Source: Candidatus Omnitrophota bacterium (GTDB taxonomy: Bacteria; Omnitrophota; Gorgyraeia; Zapsychrales; Zapsychraceae). Taken from it: 64,000 nt of DNA. The stretch spans positions 4,476 through 68,475 of the forward strand of contig JACKFK010000009.1 of the NCBI GenBank assembly GCA_020632515.1. The letters run 5' to 3'. This document shows positions 7,741 through 16,937 of this stretch, one piece after another. Made by a program: the position numbers and the translations under genes. The stretch's first letter is position 1. Each line of letters begins with the position of its first letter. The notes below the pieces were generated by a model, which worked only from the letters and a program-made list of their open reading frames with translations, was not told the DNA's origin and ran no database searches.

Positions 7741-8122
7741 TAGTGGTAAGTGATAAGTCAGAAGCAAGTCACAAGGTCACAAGGTCACAAGGTCACAAAG
7801 TTATAAGGTCGCAAAGTCATAAGGTTGCAAAGTCACAAAGTGTTGAATCCGGCAAAAGAATTTTAGCTATCAGGCATCAATTATCAGCTATCAAAAAGTA
7901 GTATGGTCTTCTGTCGCCAGGATACAGTGACCATTGAAAAGTCACAAAGCCACAAAGTCATAAAGTCACAAAGTCGCAGATATTTTGTAATCTAGCAACT
8001 TTATGACACGGTGACATTTTGAAATCTGACGACTGACAGCTGACAGCTACGAATCAGATAACTGACACGGTGACTTTGTGACAAGGATGTCGGATATGTG
8101 TGCCTGTGACTTTAAAATACTG
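7741..8122 (+). repeat. Octamer-array foldback element, copy B (full length, intergenic)
   Basis: It starts TAGTGGTAAGTGATAAGTCAG, followed by (GTCACAAR)n at 7767-7840. The conserved core is GAATCCGGCAAAAGAAT..TAGCTATCAG..GTCGCCAGGATRCAGTGACCA, with a second array at 7940-7977. GCAACTTTATGACACGGTGAC and inverted octamers (GTGACTTTGTGAC) follow near 8068-8084. Confidence 0.85.
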
Positions 8123-8135
8123 AGAGGATAACGAT

Positions 8136-9005
8136 ATGATTGCTTTTACAAAAACAGCCAAGAAAACATTTAAACATATGCAAAAACAAGCGCGCATTCG
8201 CAAAGATATTAGCCAATTGAAAGAGCAGATTGGTTTGGTACCTAAACAAATGGCGCAGATTATTAAGGAAGTGTTAAATGATATTTTAATCGATGTGGAT
8301 CGGGTTACGATCGATAATATCGAACAGTTACGCCAAGATATGCTTCAATCTTCGGCCGCGGTTGTCAAACGCGATTTTGGCGCTGGCGCTCCCGGAGCAA
8401 AACTTTCCAATAAAGAAATGAAAAACGGCCGTCTTGTTGAACAATCCGTGGCTGAGATTTGCGCTATGACCAGCAAAGATCCGAAGTGGGCGTTGTTGCT
8501 TTTTAAAATGATCCGCACGTTTCATCCATTTATTTGTTTAGAACTTGGAACCAGCGTTGGGATTTCATGTTGTTATCAAGCCTCTGCTTTAAAATTAAAT
8601 GGTGAGGGTCGCATGATAACGATTGAAGGTTCAGATGAAGTTGCCAAAGTGGCGCAGGCGAATATTCATGATCTGGAATTAAATAATGTCGAGATTCGTA
8701 TTGGCCGGTTTGATCAGCAGCTGCCAGAAATTTTAGAAGAATTAGTGGAGGTTGACTTCGCGTTTATCGATGGTCATCATGATGAACACGCGACGCTGGA
8801 ATATTTTGAACGAATTCATCCTTATCTATCAACGCAGGCGATTATTGTATTTGATGATATTAATTGGTCGGAAGGAATGAAGAGGGCGTGGAAACAAATT
8901 GTTGATGATCCGCGGATAAAATATAGTTTTGATTTAAACGCCATGGGGGTGTGTTTCTTAGATCAAAACCGAAAGACGAAAAGCCATTTTAAGGTTGAAT
9001 TATAA
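8136..9005 (+). CDS. Class I SAM-dependent (O-)methyltransferase
   Basis: It has the SAM-binding fold motif LELGTSVGIS and the downstream pattern FAFIDGHHDEHATLEYF..IVFDDINW, typical of the O-methyltransferase family 3-like group. Confidence 0.6.
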   Translation: MIAFTKTAKKTFKHMQKQARIRKDISQLKEQIGLVPKQMAQIIKEVLNDILIDVDRVTIDNIEQLRQDMLQSSAAVVKRDFGAGAPGAKLSNKEMKNGRLVEQSVAEICAMTSKDPKWALLLFKMIRTFHPFICLELGTSVGISCCYQASALKLNGEGRMITIEGSDEVAKVAQANIHDLELNNVEIRIGRFDQQLPEILEELVEVDFAFIDGHHDEHATLEYFERIHPYLSTQAIIVFDDINWSEGMKRAWKQIVDDPRIKYSFDLNAMGVCFLDQNRKTKSHFKVEL

Positions 9006-9028
9006 TAACCACCTCGTACAATAAAATT

Positions 9029-9154
9029 ATGAAGTCCATCTTTCTATTATTGGTGTTTTTGAATTTGATGATCAGTGGTTGTTCACGCATAAATTTACCC
9101 CATGTGCTTCAGCCAACAATCCAGCCGGAGAGTGCGGAAGCTCCAACCCAATAA
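9029..9154 (+). CDS. 41-aa putative lipoprotein (not in the ORF track)
   Basis: It reads MKSIFLLLVFLNLMISGCSRINLPHV.., with a signal peptide and a clear lipobox (LMISGC). The only support is the lipobox. Confidence 0.35.
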   Translation: MKSIFLLLVFLNLMISGCSRINLPHVLQPTIQPESAEAPTQ

Positions 9155-9179
9155 AAATTAAAGGTTTTCATTAAATATT

Positions 9180-10037
9180 ATGATAAACAATAATGCGATA
9201 TTATTAATTTCCTGTAAAGATCAGCGGGGGATAACCGCGGATATCACAAGATTTATTTTTGAACATAACGGCAATATCATCGACGCCCAGCAACATATCG
9301 ATGAGCAAAGCAATACTTTTTTTATGCGCGTGGAATGGGCGTTGGAAGGATTTGACTTGGCCAAAGACGGCATTGCCGCAACTTTTTCTTTGCTGGCCCA
9401 GAAGTATCAGATGGATTGGGAACTGAGCTTCAGTCAAGACCGGCCGCGTTTAGCGATTTTTGTTTCTAAACATCTGCATTGTTTATACGATTTATTGATC
9501 CGGTATAAATCCGGACGCCTTCCGTGTGAGATACCGCTTATTATCAGTAACCATCCGGACGCCAAAGACGCGGCGCGGGAATTTGATATTGATTTTGCCG
9601 AATTTCCGATTAACCCGCGTAATAAAAACGCGCAGGAAAAACGCGAGTTGGAATTATTAAAGCTCAAAAGGATCGACTGGATTGTTCTGGCGCGGTATCA
9701 TCAAATTCTGACGAAAGATTTTATTAGCCACTATGGAAATAAAATTATCAATATTCATCATTCGTTTTTACCCGCGTTTGCCGGCAAAAGTCCGTATGCC
9801 CAGGCTTATAAAAAGGGCGTGAAAATTATCGGCGCGACCAGTCATTTTGTGACAGAGAGTTTAGATGAAGGGCCGATTATTGAGCAGGATATCGTGCGGA
9901 TTAATCATCGCCATTCATTGATGGATTTGGTGCATAAAGGGGAAGACCTTGAAAAAATTGTACTTAACCGCGCGGTTATGCTTGCCTTAGAGAAAAAAAT
10001 CCTTACCTATCATAATAAGACCATTGTGTTCGGATAG
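9180..10037 (+). CDS. purU: Formyltetrahydrofolate deformylase
   Basis: An N-terminal ACT-like region (ILLISCKDQRGITADITRFI) is followed by a formyltransferase core (IINIHHSFLPAFAGKSPYAQAYKKGVKIIGATSHFVTESLDEGPII). Confidence 0.85.
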   Translation: MINNNAILLISCKDQRGITADITRFIFEHNGNIIDAQQHIDEQSNTFFMRVEWALEGFDLAKDGIAATFSLLAQKYQMDWELSFSQDRPRLAIFVSKHLHCLYDLLIRYKSGRLPCEIPLIISNHPDAKDAAREFDIDFAEFPINPRNKNAQEKRELELLKLKRIDWIVLARYHQILTKDFISHYGNKIINIHHSFLPAFAGKSPYAQAYKKGVKIIGATSHFVTESLDEGPIIEQDIVRINHRHSLMDLVHKGEDLEKIVLNRAVMLALEKKILTYHNKTIVFG

Positions 10038-10118
10038 TGGGATAGGGTACTCTATCTATCAATATTTATAAATCTAATTGTTATAGAATTTTGATATGTT
10101 ATACTTAAAGAAATATTT

Positions 10119-10358
10119 ATGAGTCCAACTGTATTTAGATATAAAAATTACCGTTTTTTCTTCTTTTCTCGTTAAGAACCAAGAATGCATATCCATGTAT
10201 CAAATCCTAATGGCGAGGCAAAGTTTTGGATTGAACCTATTATTGCATTGGATAGGTATACTGGATTAACAGATAAACAACTTAAAGAATGTCAAAGATT
10301 AGTTGAGGAACATCAAAATGAAATTAAAAAATCGTGGAAAAAGCATTTCAAAAGTTGA
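10119..10358 (+). pseudogene. DUF4160-family gene interrupted by an in-frame TAA at 10173-10175
   Basis: It reads MSPTVFRYKNYRFFFFSR*EPRMHIHVSNPNGEAKFWIEP.. . The family hallmark (F.F.S.E...PH.HV) spans the stop. The gene overlaps the downstream DUF2442 gene. Confidence 0.6.
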
Positions 10359-10578
10359 AGTCTTAAATATATCTTCTTTTGGAATATGGATTCTTGTTAG
10401 AGCGAATGAATATTTTCTTGCCTATAAAGACTTTCCTTGGTTTAAGAAAGCTACTTTAAAACAGATTCAAAATGTTAAATTGCTTCATGGTCACCATCTA
10501 TTTTGGCCAGAATTGGATGTTGATCTACATTTAGAATCTCTTTCCAACCTTGAAAAGTATTCCTTAGTTTATCAATAG
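10318..10578 (+). CDS. DUF2442-family protein (partner of DUF4160)
   Basis: The sequence ISKVEVLNISSFGIWILVRANEYFLAYKDFPWFKKATLKQIQNVKL fits the family. The two-gene DUF4160/DUF2442 arrangement is typical. Confidence 0.55.
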   Translation: MKLKNRGKSISKVEVLNISSFGIWILVRANEYFLAYKDFPWFKKATLKQIQNVKLLHGHHLFWPELDVDLHLESLSNLEKYSLVYQ

Positions 10579-10625
10579 GACTTAATTTTTTCTGTCGACT
10601 GACCACTGTCGACGGGAGACTACTC

Positions 10626-11375
10626 ATGCACATTGGACGAACAAGATTTAAAAAAGATATCATTACAGAATTTATGCTGCCGCAGCGAAAAGATTCACGT
10701 AAGGTGATGATTTTCTGCTCAGGGGTTCCAGGTTCACCGCATAAGGATGAGGTTCTGGATTTTTGGGCGCGTAAAGGATATTGGACTTTTTTCCCCCGCT
10801 ACCGTGGGACATGGGAAAGTGGAGGATCATTTTTAGCGCATTCCCCGCATAAAGATTTGTTAGATGTTATTGATGGCTTGAGTTCCAAAGAAAAATTTCA
10901 TGATTTCTGGGGTGGTAAGAATCATCAAATCAAACCAAAGAAGATTGTCATTGTTGGATCGAGTTTTGGTGGACCAGCCGCTATTCTCGCGTCACGGGAC
11001 CCGCGGGTGGATAAAGTGGTTTGTATCTCGCCGGTGGTAGATTGGGTAGCGGAAAATAAAGCAGATCCGTTGGATAAGTTATACACCTTTCTTAAGGACG
11101 CCTATGGCGGTGCGTATCGGATCCAGAAGAAAGATTGGAATAAACTCGCGCAAGGTCGTTTTTATAATCCGGTTCAGCATCTGCAAGAGTTAGACGGTCG
11201 GAAGATTTTGATTTTACATGCTAAAGACGATGAAATCGTTAAAGCCAAACCTGTCATTAAATTTGCTCAACAAACTCAAAGTCAGCTTGTCCTGCTTAAT
11301 AAGGGCGGACATCTTTCCTCGTCAATGCTCACCCTAGATCGCTATTACCGTAAAGTGATTTCTTTTCTAAAATAA
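10626..11375 (+). CDS. Alpha/beta hydrolase (S9/dienelactone-hydrolase-like)
   Basis: It has the nucleophile elbow GSSFGG and a late D..H region (HAKDDEIV, GGH). Confidence 0.6.
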   Translation: MHIGRTRFKKDIITEFMLPQRKDSRKVMIFCSGVPGSPHKDEVLDFWARKGYWTFFPRYRGTWESGGSFLAHSPHKDLLDVIDGLSSKEKFHDFWGGKNHQIKPKKIVIVGSSFGGPAAILASRDPRVDKVVCISPVVDWVAENKADPLDKLYTFLKDAYGGAYRIQKKDWNKLAQGRFYNPVQHLQELDGRKILILHAKDDEIVKAKPVIKFAQQTQSQLVLLNKGGHLSSSMLTLDRYYRKVISFLK

Positions 11376-11445
11376 AGGAATTTAATCCTTTTTTACCAGA
11401 CATATTTCAGTATACTTAGAGTATAAATAATTTCATTCATTTATT

Positions 11446-12996
11446 ATGTCTATGAAACCAATACAACAAGGCAAAATTTTATTATTTTCTCCTAATATGC
11501 GGGGGATGAAGGGGGGCGTTAACCGGATTCAACCGCCTTTGGGGATTGGATATTTGGCCGCCTTATTAGAGAAAAATGGGTATAAGGTGTATATCCGTGA
11601 TACCGCCTTAGAAGGATATTCACATCAAGTGCCGATTGACCAGGATCCGCGCATGGTCCTTATTGGCGAAAGTGATGCGAGCATATCTGAATATATCAAG
11701 AAAGTCAAACCCGACATGGTGGGTATTTCAATTTTATTTTCCAACCTGGCTGCCCACGCGCATCAATTAGCCGCGCTCGTCAAAAAAATCAATCCACGTA
11801 TTCCTGTTATATTAGGAGGGAATCATGTCACGAATGCGGTGCGCGATTATGTGTTTGCGCTAACCCCGGGCAATGAAGCTTATCATTTGCCGCGGGAGCT
11901 TAAAGAAATTCAAGATCCGAATGTGGATTATCTTATGACGGGTGAGTCTGATTTTGATTTTCTTGACTTTGTTCAAACTTATTTCGCCAAAAAGAGTCTT
12001 GAGAATATTCGGGGTTTAGTTATGCAGAACGATCAGAAAGAGGTTGTTTTTAATCACGCGCATTTGAAAAAAGAACGCCGGGATTTGAAAGATCTTCCCC
12101 ATCCCGCGCGGCATTTAATGAATATGGAAGGTTATTTTAAGGTCGGATTATTTCATTCTTCACAAACGAAATCTAATAGAATTTTAAGTGTGATGGCGTC
12201 GCGGGGATGTCCGGAAAAATGTTCCTTTTGCACGACTCCGGCCATGTGGGGCTCCAAAGTGCGCTGGCGTGAACCTCAAGACATTTATAAAGAAATCAAA
12301 TCATGCATTAAGAAATACCGTGTTGGTGAGGTTCATTTTGAAGATGATACATTAACCGCGCACAAGAAATACTTGTTAGAACTGTGTGATTTGCTGGAAC
12401 CGTTAAAGATTCCATGGTGCACACCCAACGGAACGAAAATTAATTATCATTTAAAGACACAGCCGCAGTTGTTTCAACGCATGGTGGATGCTGGATGTTA
12501 TCAGATTACACTGGCGTGTGAAAGCGGGGTGCAAAGGGTGTTAGATCACATTATTCATAAGAATCTGAAGATTGAGCAAATTAAACCAGCGATTAAGAAT
12601 GCGAAAGAAGCGGGCCTGTTTGTTCATACCTTTTGGATTGTGGGATATCCCGGCGAAACGCGGCAGGAGATGGAAGAAACAATCCGTTTCGCTGCTGAGT
12701 CGGGCGCGGATAGTTTTTCGGTTTCCATTTTGACGCCGTTACCGGGTACGCCGATTTACCGTCAAGTCATGAAAGAAAATCTTTGGTGGGATTCAGATAA
12801 GGGGATTGAGCAGATGATTTACCGCAATTCTCTTATTAAAGTTGACGGCTTTCAGAATCCGGAAGCATTTGAACAATGGGTGCAGCAGCAGAACGCGTAT
12901 TTAAATAGCCTTCTTCAGAAAAACAATCCGCAAAGGGCACAAGAATTAATCAAGAGTCGTCGGGGAAAGGATTTATTAAAGATTAAGCAGACGTAG
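11446..12996 (+). CDS. B12-binding-domain radical SAM protein
   Basis: An N-terminal cobalamin-binding-like Rossmann region is followed by the CxxxCxxC cluster motif (SRGCPEKCSFCTTP). Confidence 0.7.
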   Translation: MSMKPIQQGKILLFSPNMRGMKGGVNRIQPPLGIGYLAALLEKNGYKVYIRDTALEGYSHQVPIDQDPRMVLIGESDASISEYIKKVKPDMVGISILFSNLAAHAHQLAALVKKINPRIPVILGGNHVTNAVRDYVFALTPGNEAYHLPRELKEIQDPNVDYLMTGESDFDFLDFVQTYFAKKSLENIRGLVMQNDQKEVVFNHAHLKKERRDLKDLPHPARHLMNMEGYFKVGLFHSSQTKSNRILSVMASRGCPEKCSFCTTPAMWGSKVRWREPQDIYKEIKSCIKKYRVGEVHFEDDTLTAHKKYLLELCDLLEPLKIPWCTPNGTKINYHLKTQPQLFQRMVDAGCYQITLACESGVQRVLDHIIHKNLKIEQIKPAIKNAKEAGLFVHTFWIVGYPGETRQEMEETIRFAAESGADSFSVSILTPLPGTPIYRQVMKENLWWDSDKGIEQMIYRNSLIKVDGFQNPEAFEQWVQQQNAYLNSLLQKNNPQRAQELIKSRRGKDLLKIKQT

Positions 12997-13080
12997 TTAT
13001 GATTTTTATGCTGTTTCAACGCAGTGGACGTTTTTCTCTTCCTTCTTTTTTCCTTTTACTTTTCTGATATAATCAATCCC

Positions 13081-13557
13081 ATGAATCATTCTTTTAAAGT
13101 AGGTTTAAGTTTTGGCATGATGTCCGGGATTATCACGACCTTGGGGCTAATGGTCGGGTTAAACGCGGGTACCGAATCCAAGCAGGCGGTTTTAGGCGGC
13201 ATTATTATTATTGCTGTGGCCGACGCTTTTTCTGATGCGCTTGGTATCCATATTTCCGAAGAAGCCGAAAATGTGCATACCGCCAAAGAGGTTTGGCTTT
13301 CAACAGTATCAACTTTCTTTTCAAAATTTCTATTTTCTTCGCTTTTTATCCTGCCGGTAATTTTATTTGAACTTAAGCGCGCGGTTTTTGTTTCGATTGG
13401 TTTTGGTTTTAGTCTAATTGTTACGATTAGTTTTCTATTGGCGAAGGAGCAGAAGATTAATCCTTGGAAAGTAATCTTTGAACATGTTTTTGTGACGGGC
13501 GTGGTAATTCTTTGCACCTATCATATTGGGGAATGGGTGAAGACGTTAGGCGGATAA
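13081..13557 (+). CDS. VIT1/CCC1-like small integral membrane protein
   Basis: It has the motifs GLSFGMMSGIITTLGLMVG and AVADAFSDALGIHISEE and several TM helices. The ATG at 13081 is preferred over the GTG at 13024. Confidence 0.45.
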   Translation: MNHSFKVGLSFGMMSGIITTLGLMVGLNAGTESKQAVLGGIIIIAVADAFSDALGIHISEEAENVHTAKEVWLSTVSTFFSKFLFSSLFILPVILFELKRAVFVSIGFGFSLIVTISFLLAKEQKINPWKVIFEHVFVTGVVILCTYHIGEWVKTLGG

Positions 13558-13558
13558 G

Positions 13559-14530
13559 ATGAGTGTGGCTAGAAATAAATTTATGACAGCAGAGCGGATT
13601 GATTATCAAGGCGAGGTTTTTGCTAATCGCGTCCGGCGGCAATACAATCATCTGCGTAAACGTTTTGCCCGGCAGAATATTGATTGTTTTCGTTTGTATG
13701 ATTGGGATATCCCTGAGGTGCGGGCGGTGGTGGATTGGTATGCTGGGCATTTGGTTGTTGGAGAGTATGTCCGCACGCAGACAGGCCCGCAATGGCTTGG
13801 ACAAATGGCGCAAGCTGTTGCTGCCGCGTTAGGGGTTGCTGCAGAGAATACGCATGTGAAAAAAAGGCAGACTAACACGAAGGGGTCTGTTCGTTATCGA
13901 CGGATGGGTTCGCAGAAGAAACGTTTTATTGTTCGTGAACGTGATTTGAAGTTCTGGGTTAACCTGGATGATTTTTTAGATACGGGTCTGTTTTCTGATC
14001 ATCGCGAAACACGCGTGCTTGTCCGGGATATGGCTAAGGGAGAAAATTTTCTGAATCTGTTTGCGTATACCGGTGCTTTTACGTGTGCTGCAGCCTTAGG
14101 CGGTGCTAAATCTACGGTGACGGTGGATCGTTCGCAAACATATATGAATTGGGCTCAGGATAATTTAAAGCTAAATAAACTTTGGGGAAAGGCGCATGCT
14201 CTTGTTCAGTCTGATACGGATAAATTTCTCATTAAGGCTTTTAAAGATAAACAGAAATTTTCTTTGGCAGTGATTGATCCGCCGTCATTTTTTCGCAATC
14301 GCGCCAATCAAGTGGCTTTTGATATTAATCGGGATCATCCGCAATTACTGAAAGACGTATTAAAGATTATGGTCAAAGGCGCAAAAATTTTCTTTTCCAC
14401 GAATCATCAACGGTTTGAACCGCAGTTTAATGATTTGGCTGTTAAAGATATTAAGGAGCTCACGCCGCAAACAATTCCCATTGATTACCGTAACCGGAAG
14501 ATTCATCGCTGTTGGATGATATCGGTATGA
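13559..14530 (+). CDS. Class I SAM-dependent rRNA methyltransferase (RlmK/RlmI-like)
   Basis: It has NLFAYTGAFTCAAALGGA, TVDRSQTYMNWAQDNLKLN and the catalytic DPPSF motif. Confidence 0.65.
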   Translation: MSVARNKFMTAERIDYQGEVFANRVRRQYNHLRKRFARQNIDCFRLYDWDIPEVRAVVDWYAGHLVVGEYVRTQTGPQWLGQMAQAVAAALGVAAENTHVKKRQTNTKGSVRYRRMGSQKKRFIVRERDLKFWVNLDDFLDTGLFSDHRETRVLVRDMAKGENFLNLFAYTGAFTCAAALGGAKSTVTVDRSQTYMNWAQDNLKLNKLWGKAHALVQSDTDKFLIKAFKDKQKFSLAVIDPPSFFRNRANQVAFDINRDHPQLLKDVLKIMVKGAKIFFSTNHQRFEPQFNDLAVKDIKELTPQTIPIDYRNRKIHRCWMISV

Positions 14531-14631
14531 AATGATGGTGGAGACGAGAAGATTTCTGTATTTTAATTGAAGAGCAGGGAATTATCGTTTAAGATAAATT
14601 GGTTTTAATTTTAAGAAAAGAGATATGATTG

Positions 14632-14904
14632 ATGGCGTCGGAAAAAAATATTCAGTGGGAAGCTTCAACAAAGTTAAAATTTGAACAAATGGTGGAGAAA
14701 GTGCCGGTATTTCTGCGCGGGATGGCGCAGGAAAAGGTGGAGAAACGGGCCTTTGAACTGGTCGCGCAAGATCAGCGCACTATTATTGAAGAGAAAGATT
14801 TGGTTACGGCGTTTTTTGATGCCACACCGTTTGGTTTTCATGGACCGATGAAATGTGATATGGAAGAGTTAGGGATTGATTATACGAAGTATGGGTTTGA
14901 TTAG
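14632..14904 (+). CDS. Small protein with a PCP-reductase-type (protochlorophyllide reductase C-terminal-like) domain
   Basis: The sequence WEASTKLKFEQMVEKVPVFLRGMAQEKVEKRA resembles the PCP_red domain. This assignment is from memory only. Confidence 0.35.
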   Translation: MASEKNIQWEASTKLKFEQMVEKVPVFLRGMAQEKVEKRAFELVAQDQRTIIEEKDLVTAFFDATPFGFHGPMKCDMEELGIDYTKYGFD

Positions 14905-15212
14905 TGGTAAGCGCTAAGTGATTAGTGGTAAGTCAGAGAAAGTCACAAGGTCACAAGGTCACAAAGTCGCAAAGTGCCGAATCCGGTAAAAGAATCTTAG
15001 CTATTAAACATCAGTTTTTAGAAAAGTAATGGTCTCCTGTCGCCAGGATGCAGTGACCAGTGAAAAAGCCACAAAGCCACAAAGCCAACAAAGTCATAAA
15101 GTCACAAAGTCGCAGATATTTTGTAATCTAGCAACTTTATGACACGGTGACTTTGCAACATTGTGACCTTGTGACATTCTGAATACTGACAGCTACGCAC
15201 CGGATAACTGAA
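14902..15212 (+). repeat. Octamer-array foldback element, copy C (full length, fills the whole intergenic gap)
   Basis: The left arm 14932-14977 (GTCAGAGAAAGTCACAAGGTCACAAGGTCACAAAGTCGCAAAGTGCC) is approximately the reverse complement of the right arm 15141-15190. The internal core and second array (15068-15112) are shared with copy B. The element starts on the upstream stop codon and ends 7 nt before the next ATG. Confidence 0.9.
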
Positions 15213-15218
15213 ATAATT

Positions 15219-15443
15219 ATGTCCAAACTTCAACCAGGTATTTACGAGCATTATAAAGGGAAGCGTTATGAAGTGATCGGTGTGGCTTTGCACAGCGAAA
15301 CTTTAGAAGAGCTTGTTGTCTATAAAGCCCTTTATAAATCCGAATACCCGGAAGGTTCGCTATGGGTTCGACCGTTAGCCATGTTTACTGAGCAAGTTGG
15401 AGTGAAAGAAAAGCAAGTTCCACGTTTTCGTTTAATCTCATGA
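15219..15443 (+). CDS. DUF1653-family protein
   Basis: YEHYKGKRYEVIGVALHSETLEELVVYKALY..LWVRPLAMF matches the family hallmark. Confidence 0.7.
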   Translation: MSKLQPGIYEHYKGKRYEVIGVALHSETLEELVVYKALYKSEYPEGSLWVRPLAMFTEQVGVKEKQVPRFRLIS

Positions 15444-15685
15444 GTGAATCAAATTCAGAATCATCAGAAATACTACCTGATGAAGAATTTCTTTTTAAAT
15501 TAGCCCGGGCGCGGATGCCGTTTGGACGGTATCAGGGGCGTCTGCTCATTGATTTGCCAGAAAGTTATGTGGTCTGGTTTTCTCAGAAAGGTTATCCTAA
15601 AGGGATGTTAGGCGATATGTTAAAAAGCCTTTATGAGATTAAATTAAATGGGTTGGAGTATTTGCTGGTGCCATTTAAGAAGTGA
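15440..15685 (+). CDS. DUF3820-family protein
   Basis: It has MPFGRYQGRLLIDLPESYVVWFSQKGYPKG. Its start overlaps the upstream stop by 4 nt. Confidence 0.65.
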   Translation: MSESNSESSEILPDEEFLFKLARARMPFGRYQGRLLIDLPESYVVWFSQKGYPKGMLGDMLKSLYEIKLNGLEYLLVPFKK

Positions 15686-15758
15686 GTGAGTCTTGACTAC
15701 GAATGAATGGATGGTATACTTAAGCGTAAAACAGATTCTATATCGATAGGAGATTGGT

Positions 15759-15971
15759 ATGATAAATACGGTTACGGTTTCTCCCAAATTCCAAGTTGTT
15801 ATCCCTCTTAGTATACGAAAAAGTGCTGGGATACAAGCTGGTGAAAAAATGCAGGTTTTATGTTTTGATGACCGCATAGAATTAATCCCTATTAAGAGTA
15901 TTAAATCAATGCGGGGGTTTATTAAGGGAAAGAAGAATGTTTTTCAGCGAGAGAAAAGAGATCGTATATGA
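15759..15971 (+). CDS. vapB: AbrB/SpoVT-fold antitoxin (VapB-like)
   Basis: It has TVSPKFQVVIPLSIRKSAGIQAGEKM and overlaps the downstream PIN gene by 4 nt. Confidence 0.7.
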   Translation: MINTVTVSPKFQVVIPLSIRKSAGIQAGEKMQVLCFDDRIELIPIKSIKSMRGFIKGKKNVFQREKRDRI

Positions 15972-16339
15972 ATTTAGTTGATTCTTCCGGATGGGTGGAA
16001 TATTTTCTGAATGACAAAAAAGCAAGTCAATTTAGTAAGCCTATTGAAACAATTAAAAATCTTATTGTTCCCAGCATTGTTGTTTTTGAAGTTTTTAAAT
16101 ATTTTCTTAGGGAAAGTGATGAAACTCATGCGTTAAAAGCTATTTCAGCGATGCATGTGGGTAACATTGTTGATTTAACTGTCGACTTATCTTTACAGGC
16201 AGCCAAACTCAGTAATTCTCATAAGATTGCGATGGCTGATAGTATTATTTTAGCAACAGCTCGTAAGTTTAATGCGATGATATGGACTATGGATACGGAT
16301 TTTAAAAAATTTGATAATGTTAAGTTTTTTGGTAAATAA
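15968..16339 (+). CDS. vapC: PIN-domain toxin (VapC-like)
   Basis: It starts MNLVDSSGWVEYF and later has acidic PIN residues (ADSIILATA, MDTDF). The size and the operon are typical of type II TA systems. Confidence 0.7.
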   Translation: MNLVDSSGWVEYFLNDKKASQFSKPIETIKNLIVPSIVVFEVFKYFLRESDETHALKAISAMHVGNIVDLTVDLSLQAAKLSNSHKIAMADSIILATARKFNAMIWTMDTDFKKFDNVKFFGK

Positions 16340-16365
16340 CACTTTTAAAAGATAAACTATTCTCA

Positions 16366-16755
16366 GTGGAAGCTATTAAAGTTCGTTTAGATAAATGGCT
16401 TTGGGCGGTGCGGATTTGTAAAACACGGACGATCGCCACAGATTTATGCAAGCGTCAACGGGTCACTATCAACGGTCAGTATGCAAAACCTTCCCGCGAT
16501 ATTTCTCCTGGAGATCTTATTGTAATCAAAAAAGACGGCATCGAATGGCAGTATAAAGTCTTACAAGGCATTGATAAACGGGTTGGTGCCAAGATTGCGG
16601 CGCAAGCTTGTGAAGATGTGACACCAGCGGAGGCGTTAGCGAAGTTTAAGATGGTGAAATCTTCTTGGGTGCCGCGGCGGGATAAAGGCGCTGGCCGCCC
16701 AACCAAAAAAGATCGAAGAGAGATGGAGAGGTTTTTAGATAGTGATAAGTGTTAA
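16366..16755 (+). CDS. hslR: S4-domain RNA-binding heat-shock protein 15-like (GTG start)
   Basis: RLDKWLWAVRICKTRTIATDLCKRQRVTINGQYAKPSRDISPGDLI is an S4 domain. Confidence 0.7.
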   Translation: MEAIKVRLDKWLWAVRICKTRTIATDLCKRQRVTINGQYAKPSRDISPGDLIVIKKDGIEWQYKVLQGIDKRVGAKIAAQACEDVTPAEALAKFKMVKSSWVPRRDKGAGRPTKKDRREMERFLDSDKC

Positions 16756-16900
16756 GTGATAAGTGAAAAATAAGTTAAGAAATCACAAGGTCACAAAGTG
16801 CCGAATCCGGCAAGAAAACCTTAGCTATCAGACATCAGTTACAATTTGATCAACTAATTTTATGACTTTTTTTCAGTCAGTGGAGACTGGAGATTCGCGA
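16741..16900 (+). repeat. Octamer-array element, copy D (shortened)
   Basis: It reads GTGATAAGTGTTAAGTGATAAGTG..AATCACAAGGTCACAAAGTGCCGAATCCGGCAAGAAAACCTTAGCTATCAGACATCAG, then CAACTAATTTTATGAC. The middle section and the right arm are missing. Its start overlaps the hslR stop. Confidence 0.75.
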
Positions 16901-16937
16901 CTAATATAATAATTATTCAACGAGAAAGGTAACTCAC

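Noticed and set aside
10173-10175. The in-frame TAA in the DUF4160 gene could be evidence for stop-codon reassignment.
   Set aside because: TAA terminates many well-supported genes in this window (for example the RHS toxin, cspA and the AGDEF cyclase). Pseudogenisation or a base error is the simpler explanation.
11446-12996. The B12-binding radical SAM enzyme could be the core of a RiPP or natural-product cluster.
   Set aside because: No precursor-peptide-like small ORF, transporter, or additional tailoring enzyme is adjacent. The neighbours are a hydrolase, a VIT-like membrane protein and an rRNA methyltransferase.
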